Both the position numbers and the translations under genes were made by a program. The notes under the pieces are model-generated. The model was not told the origin of the DNA and did no database searches. It saw only the letters and a program-made list of their open reading frames with translations. Shown one piece after another: positions 13,156 to 26,299 of a stretch of DNA of 64,000 nt. The stretch is from Takakia lepidozioides (lineage: Eukaryota; Plantae; Bryophyta), in the NCBI GenBank assembly GCA_030704615.1, contig CM060732.1, forward strand, positions 54,064,001 to 54,128,000, given 5' to 3'. The stretch's first letter is position 1, and each line of letters opens with the position of its first letter.

Positions 13156-13402
13156 CTGGTGCTTAGGTCCCTCTAAGTTCAGGTAGCCACAAGATGTGAT
13201 AGTAACCATAGCCTCACTAAGTCCTCCACCACTATCCCTACAACACTCAAACTCGATAGATCAAGAGGCCGGGTGCAAGAGTTGCCCCATCGTTAGTCGC
13301 CGTCTTGCAACCTGTGAACTTGAGCTTGGGATCTCGTGTATTGACTCCTATGAGCTTGGCCTCCCATGTCTTGTTAGCTGCCTCCAGTCATGTCCACTGC
13401 CA

Positions 13403-14900
13403 CTATCCCAAGCAATGTGGACACAACCAATCTCCGTCAGGAACCTTCTCAAGAGGTGGTGTCAAGCATCCCATATGCCAACCCTTTGAGCATCGATCAC
13501 ATACCAGCATGATGGCTGCCCCTTTGGCAGACCTACAGAGCATGCACCTCAAACCTGCAGGTACCACTGCCAAGTTTGGGTCAACTCTGCCATCGACATT
13601 GGGAAGGTGACATGACGCACAATTACGCACATGGTCCTTCCAAGTCATGTCATCCCGACCCTCCAAGATCAGGACTCCTGAGGGCAACACCTCTCGAACC
13701 CTCAGAATAACACGCCCTGCAGTGACATCTAAGGTCGTAGGAGCAGTCTGCTGCAAATAAACATAGTCACCAGGGCTAAACCTCCGAACCCCAGGACGAT
13801 ATCCTCCACCACGTATAGTGGCATACCTCAACGTATCACGGTGTTGTGCAATGGCAAGGTTCTCAAAAGCCATGGGCATGACTTTCTTGAACAACTCTAC
13901 ACGCTGATCACATGCATGTACCCACACGTCCGGATCATCAAGGTTAAGGACTTGAGCAGTGTCCCTACGAATGGCTGTAGGCAAATCCGGCTCTCGGCCA
14001 AAGAGAAAGAAATATGGTGAGAAAGATGCAAGTGATGCTTGTTTGCTGAACCTGCAGCCCATGACTAACCAAGGCACCTGAAGATCCCAATCTTAGGTGT
14101 CTTTTCTGCAAGCCATACTTGCGCAAACCCCTCTTCACCGTCTGAACAACTCTCTCTGCCAAGCAATCGGCCTCAAGATGATCCCGAGAAGTGGTGCGGT
14201 GGTCTATCAAGGCTTTATCACACAAAGCCTGAAACTCCCCCAAGAACTCTCTCCCTTGGTCCGTGAGTACCTCAGCTGGAGCACCGAATCGGCTAAGCAC
14301 ACGATCCAAGAATGCATACGCAGCCCCTTCACTAGCCTTGTTAGGCAATAGAACCAACTCAATCCACTTGGAGAAGTGTTCCACCATCACCAACACATAT
14401 CTGTGGTGGCGCATAGTCAGTGGCAACGGTCCTGCGAAGTCAAGACTCCACCTGTAGCCTAATTGGTAAAGGATGCAACTGTGGTGTAGGGGCGTTGAAT
14501 GAAGCACGCACCCTGTCACACACCATGCACCTAGCCACGAAGTGTTGCACCTCTGTATGCATACCACGCCACCAATACTGCCCCTGCAGTAAACTGTGAG
14601 TGCGTCGCACTCCAAAATGCCCCAATTCCTCATGGACATGCCGCACTAATTGTGCACGCTGTGTTGGGTGAGGCACAATCCTTACCCGACCATCCTCCCA
14701 CACTCAAAGCAGGTGTATCCCCTCCCACTTGAACCTCTTGGCTCGTTGTAGGATCCGATCCCTCTCCCTGGCAGTCACAGTGGCTGCCATGTCTCTAGTA
14801 CGGAGGTAGTCCAACACAGCCGAATCCTTATCTCTAGTACCACCTGGCTCATCAGTAGCCTCAGGGTCCTTAGACACTCCATCTACAGTCATCCCTGTTG
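13403..14900 (-). pseudogene. Integrase (HHCC + DDE core) with C-terminal PHD finger, frameshifted
   Basis: HEELGHFG..YWWRGM..CMVC; WSLDFAGP, VLTDQGREF, AERVVQTVK; SPYFFLFGREP; PHD CMLC-x-MLVCDRCSKGWHMGCLTPPLEKVPDGDWLCPHC (C4HC3). Confidence 0.92.
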
Positions 14901-14909
14901 TAGGTCCAA

Positions 14910-15150
14910 CCTGACCTCCCAGAGATCTTGAGTCCTCATCTGAATCAAAGACCTCTCCATGTTACTGTATCTATAGGGTCTCCGAAAGATTGGCGTGTCA
15001 GTGGCCAACTCAATACGGATCTCTTGACCCTTCAGTGCTCCCAAAACCTTCAAACTGAAGGCAAAACAATTCCTGTAAGCCCTCAGGAACCGCCGTATAT
15101 GTCGTCTCTCTCCTCTGGTGACAATGGGTCCAATGTCAGGCTCCCAATTG
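14910..15150 (-). pseudogene. N-terminal remnant of gypsy reverse transcriptase; RT core and RNase H missing
   Basis: FAFSL..LG..IRIELATDTPIFRRPYRYSNMER is the typical gypsy RT start. No YxDD or RNase H motifs before the integrase linker. Confidence 0.75.
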
Positions 15151-15489
15151 TCCTTCGTAACTACAACCTTTAAGTCCAGTGGGCTTAGAGATAGAGGACG
15201 CATCCAGTGGTTGCTATGTTGCAACCTCTTGAGCAGTACTCCCTACCTGCTCAGTCAATGACAAGGCCTCATCTTGCCCCATTATCTCATCCTTGAGGAC
15301 TTCCTCAACCTGAGAAAAATCCCTAGCCTCATCTATCACCGCCACCTTGGCTGCCAACTCCCTCTGAACCTCGAGCACCTCTCACGTGTGCCATGGATGT
15401 CTACACCCTAGGATCCTCACCGGCTCGCCCCCACTCACTGCCTGTACCGTCTCGGTAGGCAGAGAGACCGTCAAGGGAAGTGCACTCCG

Positions 15490-16465
15490 CACTCTTCGTT
15501 GCTCAGCCATAACCAAGCTGATAATCCAGGTCAAGCAATTTAGATCCATTGCTTGCCCCAACACCTGACGACGTGATGCTTCAGAAAGAGAAGGCACCGC
15601 CGTGGTCCCAGTGGAAAAACCCATAGCCTGCTCTCGCTCGTCGGCATTAGGCTCCACTAATTGCTGCAACTGAGCATCCCACAGGAGGCCAGGTCCATTA
15701 TCCCGGAAAGCATGCGATCCTGGGAAGCTGAGCAGTGTAGGTAGTGATGCTCGTGGTTGATCCACCTTGTTGACCACTGCCAAAGGCGAACGGTCATCGT
15801 GTCTTACACACTGAGATTGCCTCCATGTGTCCAAAATGCTATCCACTGTGAGGTGTGCTGGCCGCTGCACCCCATCAAATGCACGCTTAAGCAGTGCGGG
15901 TGACATCAAGTTAGTCCACCATAACCGTGGACGCTGAGCCCGTGACCCCACTGCAGCTGCATCCAGCAACACTGCTGACCCAAGCCACGACCGGACTTGA
16001 TGCACATTGGCCATCACCCTGGCCCGAGAATCGCCTATCAGTGGCACATTCTCCAAGATGTATATTGGAGATACAGCTTGAAGAAGCTGTAAGTGACGCA
16101 AAACCTGCACCATCTCCCAAAACAGACCCGACCTTGAGTCTCACAATCCATTGCCATGCCCGGCTGATGAATACCCTTGGCAGGGCCAACCTGCCACTAT
16201 CAAATCAATGAAGCCAACCCGCTCCAAATCCTGCGCCCCCAGCAAAGAGATGTCTGCTGGCAAGGCCTGCTGATATCCACAAACCGCAGACACCGACAAC
16301 AACTCAGGGTACTGCTGCACCAACTGAGCAATATGACGGAGTGAGACGCGTCGTGCAGTCTCATCCCTCTCCACATACAGGTAACGCCGAACTCGTACAC
16401 CTGCCTGTAACACAGTAGCCAATCCAGTGCTGATCCCGCCAAACAAGTCCAGAAGACAAATACCT
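15490..16465 (-). pseudogene. C5-cytosine DNA methyltransferase domain within the retrotransposon polyprotein (one in-frame TGA at 16143-16141)
   Basis: Motif I LLDLFGGI, II YVERD, III ADI, IV DLIVAGWPCQGYS, SGLFWE, VI YILENV, VIII AQRPRLWWTN, IX EREQAMGF..GTT, X RRQVLGQAM. ORFs 16141..17508 and 15382..16113 are in the same frame. Confidence 0.9.
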
Positions 16466-16829
16466 TCATCCGGATACTGCCACACAATAAGTGTGGTATC
16501 CAATGGAGACAACTGAGGTGGTTCTGGTGCAATCCCCGCACTCTCCTCCTCTCCTGACGGTACAAAAGCCTCCACCCAGGCTTGTTGTACACGTCGATCA
16601 GCATCCCGCTGCAAATATTTGCTCGTGCCCCACAATGGAGTCTGAGCAACCATGGTAGGCAACTCCGCCATACCATACATGTCATCCTGCTCTCCCGGAG
16701 GTGGCACATCCTCTGAATGAATGTTGCCCTCAAGCAACTCTCCAGGCCAACTCACTGTCGCTGTAAATGCTGCTAGTGTCAGCATCTTGCCTCGCTGGGC
16801 AACCGCAACTCCTCCTATGAACGTCACAG

Positions 16830-17260
16830 GGAGCTGCACACGCCGGCCCTTCCCTGACTGCCATGCAGGCCTATAGGAAGCTGACTCCTCCCAAAAATCC
16901 AGGGTAAAGCCCATGGGGTACAACATTGCCCCACCAACCAGGACATCGTATGAGACCGCGTCTGTCACAATGGCCTTGGCTCGCATCACTGAGCCATCTG
17001 TAGGGTGATTCGGCCGTAGTCTGATAGCCAACTCACGTCGTGTCATGCCCCGAGCCTGCTCCGATCCTCCCAGAGACATCTGTATCTGGAAAGGACAAGG
17101 CTCCATATCCGCCTCCGTGAGGCCCAAGCCTGTAATAGTAGCTCTGCCCAGCATCAATGGCTGAGCTCCCGAGTCCAACAAGACCCGCAGTGGCCAGTAC
17201 CTCTTGCCTGCCGGTCCACTCAAACAGAAAATGCCATCCTGGTTGTCTAACATGACAACT
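16830..17260 (-). CDS. Retropepsin-type aspartic protease domain
   Basis: RVLLDSGAQPLMLG catalytic motif and YDVLVGG motif, in the same ORF as the N-terminal half of the DNMT. Confidence 0.85.
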
Positions 17261-17867
17261 CCAGGTGTAATCATGGCGCGCTCAATGGCTGGCCTAGCTG
17301 GCAGCTCCATCAACCTGGCAGCTGCAGCTTGCCATGGTGCCGCCGTGGCAGTCTTGACCCTCAAATCCGAGGATCCCTCCGGCACTACACCTCCCACTAT
17401 CTCCGCAGAAGATGAAGTAACCTCCCCACTCTCACAAAGTGTAGCTGCCAGCCTGAACACCTCAGCTGGTCTTACCCCCGGCGTCGCAATCATGGTAGCC
17501 GAGAACAATGGAGCCTAGCACATAGATGTGGCCGCTCCTAGCAACACACTAGTTGCCGTAGCCTTGGCAACACTAGGTAGTGGTGCTACCCGTGTAGCTC
17601 TCCCCAATGGCATAGTAACCTCCGCCTTGATAACAGTCGGGCGAGAACTAGGTGCCATGGATGGCGTCGACACTGTCTCCGCCAATGTGAATGACTGAGG
17701 AAGCCTAGCCTGACGGCTTGCCTCCCCACGTTGTGGATCCAACTCCACCTCTACACCTCATGGCTTAGGAACTCGTGCTGCTCCTCGAGTCACGGCTGCA
17801 GCAGACTCCACCTACACTAGTGTAGTGCTGCTCCGCACATGAATCCCATGCCTCCCATATCTCCTCC

Positions 17868-19495
17868 CTAAAGAGCAGGAGGTGGACTATCCGGCCTTGG
17901 AGCCGGTACCACCTGAGCTGTAGCCATGGCAACGAGCCTCTGCTCTAGCTGCTGAAGCCGGTTGGCCATGCCTTGGTCAACACCCTGACCTCCGCGTCCT
18001 TGGCCATGTTGAGCTTGCCCTTGGCCTGCACCTCGTGTCTGGCCACCTCGTCCTCTCTGGGCTGCTCCACCTCGCCCCCGGCCACCATTGTTCCCTTGGA
18101 ACTGGCCCGGGTGCAACTCAGGATGCAAACCATAACACTGGGCCTCTCCATGCCCGTGCTTGCCACAATGCCCACACTGCAACTGTGCAGGCTGTGCATG
18201 TGCCGGCCCTTTGCCTCCCTCTGGGCAATCCTTCTTGATATGGGGTCCTCCACATGTCCAGCACACCACATCCGCCCGTTGTTGGCCAGCAAATGAAGGG
18301 AGAGACCCCTGCATCTGAGGTCCTCTCTGCCCTTCCTTGAGCTTCACCTGAGCCCCCTTGTTGCCTTGAGCACGTTGAGGTAGTGGTTGGCTAGGAGCAC
18401 CACTACCCCGTGGTGTCTCCTTAGCAAATCCCACCATGACCACTCGTTCCTCCACCATGTTGAGCTCTATCCGCTCTGCCAGCAAAAACACATTTGTTAA
18501 GGTGGGTTGGGCCGCTTGTAGGAGAGTTGCATCCCGCACCCTTCTCCTCAGCTCCTTGTCCAATATCCCATACCAGAATTGGACTGCTTGAGCTTCCGTA
18601 ACCCCTTGGGTTACATTTATCAAGCGCCTCATGCGAGTGAAAGCCTCCCTCAAGCTCTCGGTCGGCTTCCGTTGGAACTCTTGCAAGCTCCGCAACTTCT
18701 CTGTCCTCACCCCTTGGTAGTTCCCTCTCAACTCTTCGAAGAACTCCACAACAAGGTTGAAGGCAGGCACGTGTACTAGTGCTGGTGCGGTAGTGGCTTG
18801 GGTGGACGTCGTAGCTACTGTACCACCAGTCCCACTAGTCCCACTGCTGCTTGCTGAAGCTGCCGGTGCAACGGCAGGTGTAGCCACTGCCCTCGTGGCT
18901 CTAGTGCCCCTAGTGATAGAGACATAGTCGGGTGACCACTACATCCTCCACTCCTCGATCTCAACCTCATGCCCCCGCCTGAACTCATGGTAATCATCCA
19001 TAGGCGGCCCCTCAAGGTGCTGAAACAGCCCCTTCCATGCCATGAAGGGCGTAAATAGTTGTGGATTGCGCATTTGCTGCAAATCACACCAACTATCAAA
19101 CTCTTGGATAAAATCATCCAACTCGATGGTGCCCACTACCCTAGAGTACCGTCATGGCCCCTTGGTAGCTCCATAGATCTCCTCCATTGTGTCCCACAAC
19201 AATGGCAAGGAAACAACTTACACCGCCGGTGTGAGTCCTCCTGATTCACAATCCGAATCAGAACCTTCCATAGAAGACACTGGAGGTGAAGGTGGCCTAA
19301 ACTGCACACCTCGTCTCGTGTACCCACTAGTATCGCTAGTGCTCGAACCGGCACTGTCCCCAGCAACTAGTGGCACCTCCGTGTTGACAAACTGTCACTC
19401 AACCGGTTATGAACATGTCCCTAACCCACTCTCCACAAGGTAACTGGGTAGAGAACCTGTTGCGGCTTATGGTTTGGAATACTAGGTTCCTAACA
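17868..19495 (-). pseudogene. Gag with two zinc knuckles, interrupted by stops; start approximate
   Basis: ELDDFIQEFDSWC, FQRKPTESLREAFTRM, CWTCGGPHIKKDC, CGHCGKHGHGEAQC, and an RGG-rich tail. Confidence 0.85.
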
Positions 19496-20129
19496 TAGCC
19501 TACACCTACACCTGCATCCACCGCAAGCACTCCTATGGTTGGCTGGTCATCACCTCCAACCTCACCACAGGAGAAACAATGATGGTCTGACTGGTCATCA
19601 CCCCAGCCTCACCATCGACAGCATGCTCTAGGACTGGCCGGTGATCAAATCCGGACCAATCACCTATAAAAACAAGCGCCCACACAAAACTAACATGGCG
19701 CACAGTCAAGCATGCAGGTATGGAGGGGATCCAAACACAAGAAATCAGAACGACAACTCCCCCATACCAAAAACAACTCCACGGTGTTGCTCCTGTAATG
19801 ATACCCCAGCCCAAACCCGGACTGACTCTTGCCTCCACCTACGGAAAGGTCTTGGCCTAATGAGAGGGTGGAAAACTACGAGGAAGAGAAGCTAAAGCAA
19901 TGCCTAACCCCAGCATGCCCTCATCCCAACACTTTTTTTCTCCTCTCTTCTCTCACTTGCATGACCATGGAAATATCATGAAGATGCTCCTCAAACCGCC
20001 CTCCACGAGCTTCAAAATTCGGCCTTCAAGACATGCCAGTCCTTAGGCAGTCCACCAGTGCCTCCACGAGTCAGCACAGGCCGTCCACAGATCAACACGG
20101 GCCACCACAGACGAGCACAGGCCCACACA

Positions 20130-20920
20130 GATCACTGGTCACAGCTGTCACAGCCCCACACAGGCCACAGCCTGTCACAGCCCGTCATAGCCCCAAAAGC
20201 CACAGGTCACAGGGTCACAGCCCCACAGGCCACAGCCTGTCACAGCCCATCACAACCCCAAAGGCCACAAGCACAACCTGTCACAGCCCTACATAGGTCA
20301 CAGGGGTCACAGCCCCAAAGGCCACAGCCTGTCACAGCCCGTCACAGCCCTACACAGGTCAGAGGGATCACAGCCTATCATAGCCCGTCACATCCCGTCA
20401 CAGCCCGTCACAGCCCTACACAGGTCATTGGGGTCACAGGGCACAGGGCACAGCCTGTCACAACCCCTCACAGCCCGTCACAGCCCCACAGGCCACAGGG
20501 AACAGCCTGTCACAGCCCCTCATAGCCCCACAGGCCACAGGGCACAGCCCATCACAGCCCGTCACAGCCCCACAGGCCACAGGCCATAGCCTGTCACAGC
20601 CCACCACGGCCTGTCATAGCCCCTCACAACCCCTCACAGCCTGTCACAGCCCTACACAGGTCATAGGGGTCACAGCCCAGAGGCCACATCCTGTCACAGC
20701 CTGTCACATCCCTACACAGGTCAGAGGGGTCACATCCCCAAAGACCACAACCTGTCACAGCCCGTCACAGCCCCACAGGCCATAGGGCACAGCCCCTCAC
20801 AGCCCCTCACAGCCTGTCACAACCCTACACAGGTCACAGGGGTCACAACCACAGCTTGTCACAGGTCAGAGGGGTCACAGGGCACATGGCACAGCCTGTC
20901 ACAGCCCCTCACAGCCCATC
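20130..20920. repeat. Degenerate tandem array built from (G)TCACAGCCC / CACAGG units in the element's 5' untranslated region
   Basis: Dozens of TCACAG-containing ~10-bp units with higher-order patterns. Confidence 0.9.
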
Positions 20921-21349
20921 CATGGCCACTCATGGCAGTTTAGCCATTTCTCCAAGGGGTTTAGCCACGCCACGCTAGGGTTTGTGTCTCTTGGACTCTA
21001 GGCTTGTTTGCACCGAGCTATGGCGGCTGTGAAGAAATCAGCAAGGTATTCTTGCTCTTTCGGCTCCCACATACCACCAATAGTAGCCCTAAGCCATGAG
21101 GAAGATGGTTGCCACAAACCAAGCCTTCTTTTTCACTTAGACTCCCCAACACGCCACCAAACTCAATGGCAAACAACCAAGCGTTGCTGGTTTCCAGCCC
21201 TTGTGAGCACTCATTCAAGCGTTTTCCTTGACCATAGCATCTGTTTTAGAGCCTATTCCAGCCCCCTACATCTGCTTCAAGAGCCATGCTCTATCTAGGC
21301 TTAAGGTTGAAACCCCAACTAAGAACACGCTCTACAAGTTTCGGACTGT

Positions 21350-21780
21350 CACATAAGAGCAGATCAGCCCCTTACCTTCTCTTCTAGTTCTCTAAAGCTT
21401 GAAAACAAAAGCCCAATGGATTGAAGGCATGCTCCACACATGCCCCACTCTCACCACAAGAGAATCAGCCCCTTTGCTTCCTTTCTTGCACCCACCAACC
21501 TGAAAATACAAGCTTCAGCGGGCTGGAAGCATGCTCCACACATGCCCTACAGGGAAACCAGCCCCTTCCTTCATTTCTTGCACTCCCAAACTTGAAAGTA
21601 CAAGCCTTCAACAGGCCGAAAGCATGCTCCACACATGCATTGCCCTCACATAAGGGAAGTCAGCCCTTCCCTCTTCCTTGCTTGCCCTCCAAGCTTGAAG
21701 GTGGAAGCTTCAATGAGCTGAATACATGCTCCACACATGCAACCTCTTCACACAAGAGGTATCAGCCCCCTATCTTGGCT
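21350..21780. repeat. Imperfect ~80-100 bp tandem repeats (GCATGCTCCACACATGC...CAGCCCC) in the element's 5' UTR
   Basis: The motif recurs at ~21428, 21529, 21622 and 21726. Confidence 0.7.
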
Positions 21781-22291
21781 CCTTAGCTCCTTGATGCTCT
21801 CTAAGACAAGACTAAGCACTCCACAGCCTTTGCCAAGCTCCTGAAACCCTAAGGCTTACATTTCCAGCCACAAGACACTCCTCTTGTGGTGCAAGAGCTC
21901 TTCTTCCAAACTCTGAAACCCTAGGTGCACATTCCATGGCCTTGCCGCACCTCTTAGCTCCTATTCCAGCCCTGCTCTTGCCATGACAAGAGCCCTCTCA
22001 ATGTTAAAGCTCGAGATTGAAACCCACTCTCAACATACTCCACAAAGTGCACTGATTTGCCCCAAGCCAAATCAGCCATTTCGCTTGGCCTTGCAATCCT
22101 GTAGCATGGTGCTTTCATCTCTGAAGCTAAAGATCGAATGCCAAGGTCTACCACCTCATAACCTACATCGCCTCCGCTTCTAACAACCAAAAGCTCTACG
22201 GTGCTCCTTGCATAACAACCTGGTTTCTCTCATTCTCAAGCAAAAACCACAAGTGCTACAACTAAATCGTATCTAGCACTCACAGATACGA

Positions 22292-22308
22292 GCTCATCTT
22301 TCTCGAGT
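22292..22308 (-). other. Primer-binding site complementary to the element's own LTR (self-priming type)
   Basis: GCTCATCTTTCTCGAGT (22292-22308) is the exact reverse complement of ACTCGAGAAAGATGAGC (22472-22488); no TGG tRNA-type PBS. Confidence 0.8.
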
Positions 22309-22634
22309 GATAAAGAAGAAGAATACAAGCACAAGCTCATGCGAGCTCACAAAGCTGAAGCATAAACTCATGCATATACAAACTCATCACTCAAATACAA
22401 GTCAAGCCAAGTGCACCCCACGCCATGGGGAATCCACACTACGGCGCCATAGCTAGGTGCGGTGAGGCTCAACTCGAGAAAGATGAGCCTCTCGCGCTTG
22501 CCATGAAGATAACCACTCCAGGGCCTAAATCTGTCTTGACCCCTGGATTGACACTTGGCCCAATCCCAAATGTCAATATGTAAAAGCTAGCTATTTCCTA
22601 GCTAGTTTCACACTGGTGGTAAAATAACTTGACA
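22308..22634 (-). repeat. Terminal repeat B (element 5' end), TGTCA...TATCA
   Basis: Direct repeat of 12724-13033. Confidence 0.92.
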
Positions 22635-24458
22635 ACAAATAAACAACTTTAGGCGTAATATTAAAGCGTAAATTAAAATACAAATCAATTTATATATCGG
22701 GAATCATATGTCCACACCAAGTTATGCACTGGAAGCCCTTCATGATTTGTGTAACACGCCTTTGTACAAAATTAAAAATATATATATGAATGAAGAGTGG
22801 ATCGACTGTTTTGCACTTTCCAATGCAACATCCAACAATACAAACATAGAACAAAGTGAAGAAATCCCAACAACATTGAATGATACTGAGAGTACAATAA
22901 GTACTAACACAACTACTATACCAATCAATTTCGAAGAAATACAAAATAATACACCCACCGATGCAAATGTTCAAATTTTGAACGTCGAACAAATTAATGT
23001 TAACGACATAACAAACATTATTTCTGTTGCTCCTAGTGAAAACTACAAACCAATTGGTTAATTCTTTGATCGGTATTGTGAAGAATATAAATTTCTAAAA
23101 TTATTCTTTGGAGTTGGAAGATCATCTGAAGATAAAAAAATATCACCCTAAAAGGATACAAATATCGCCATCGAGATTCTTTGAAGTGAAGAGGGGTATG
23201 TACCCAAAATCCTGCAATTTAGGGCCCTCCACCACCATTGGCCTAGCCACGTGGCAAGTCAAATGGGGCATGATGCCAAATGTTGGCAATAGGCTGCGTG
23301 TAGGTAGGGTGTGGCATGTCCGCCCATGTAGACACAAGCATGTACACAGTGAAGGGTGGCGGCAACGAGTTGTCTTCCAGCGGAATAGGAAGCACATACA
23401 TTAAGGCACTCTGCTCGCTAGTTGATGTAGCCAATAAACCAAACTTAGATGATAGCCTTTGATCTGATATGTTATAGAACACCATCAGTCCATTTAGATC
23501 GTTGACAAATAGAAGTTTTGCTATGATATGTCAGCTTGGCCCGCCAACGTTTTTGTAACATTCACAAGTGCTAAAAGTAAATGGACTCCATTATTAAAAA
23601 CTTTATGTGAACTAAGTTGCAAACCAAGCCATGACTTGGCTATTAAAACATTAGAACAAAAAGATATTATCGAACTTATAAGATCAGTGTGCAAGATATT
23701 ATGACCATCCAATGAACTCATTTCGAAAACTTCTCGATAAAATGTAACAACCTATTTGGAACCGTCTACGATTATTTTTTCACAACTGAATTTCAAAGCC
23801 GCGGAAGTGAACACGATCAAGGATTGTTGTCTTGTAGGAAGGCTATGGCAAATAACAACTTCCGAGTACATTCTGTCTTGTAGGAGTGAACTTCCAAAAC
23901 GAGACTAGAAAGGATCTCAAGCTTCAACAGTCAGGAAGCACAAGGAACTTCTGTCAGCTGAGGTGGTGGATGGAGACATGTTTTCCCATAAGCTATTAGA
24001 AGAGGCACTTCAATAGAGAATGCAACTACTGGGCTCCTGAACAATGTAGCAAATTTTGTCTAGAGTAAGGGCCGAGTGTGGGGCATGTTTCTTCTTCAAA
24101 TGACTCATATATACAAGAGCCTCATCAGAAATGTGAGATTGTGTAATTTACCAACTCAGGTTGGTATTACTGCGCACCTTCCAAACAGAAGACAGTGGGC
24201 CAACCTGAAATTGAACCTGAGCTCCAGCCATCCAGAGTAGGGTCATACCAGGAAAAAACCTTAGGGTTTCTGGCAACCTATTCTCAAGTAGTATCGTTCT
24301 CTACCTAGTGTAGGTTGAAACTCCAGCAAACATTTCCTACAGAATCTGATGAGAATGCTAATAATGGCAGGCATCCAAAGCATTGGAGCACGACTGTTTG
24401 AATTCTTCACTACATGATTCGGGCAACCCTTGCTCAAGATCAGTTCTCTACATGGTCT

Positions 24459-26299
<1,841 letters not shown>

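Larger units (their letters stand above)
12544..22634 (-). mobile_element. Ty3/gypsy-type retrotransposon carrying a cytosine DNA methyltransferase and a PHD finger; split/permuted terminal repeats
   Basis: Ends TGTCA...CGACA (element sense); 4-bp TSD ACAA at 12540-12543 and 22635-22638; Helitron reading continues across the insertion. Gag, protease, DNMT, RT start, integrase and PHD occur in gypsy order. Confidence 0.92.

Noticed and set aside
20033-20525. ORFs in the TCACAG array
   Set aside because: Low-complexity translations of a tandem repeat.
12544-22634. DIRS/Ngaro tyrosine-recombinase element, suggested by the split repeats and methyltransferase
   Set aside because: No tyrosine recombinase is seen; the element has an aspartic protease, a DDE integrase, TG..CA ends and a TSD, and the MTase is C5-type (PC, ENV), not adenine-type.
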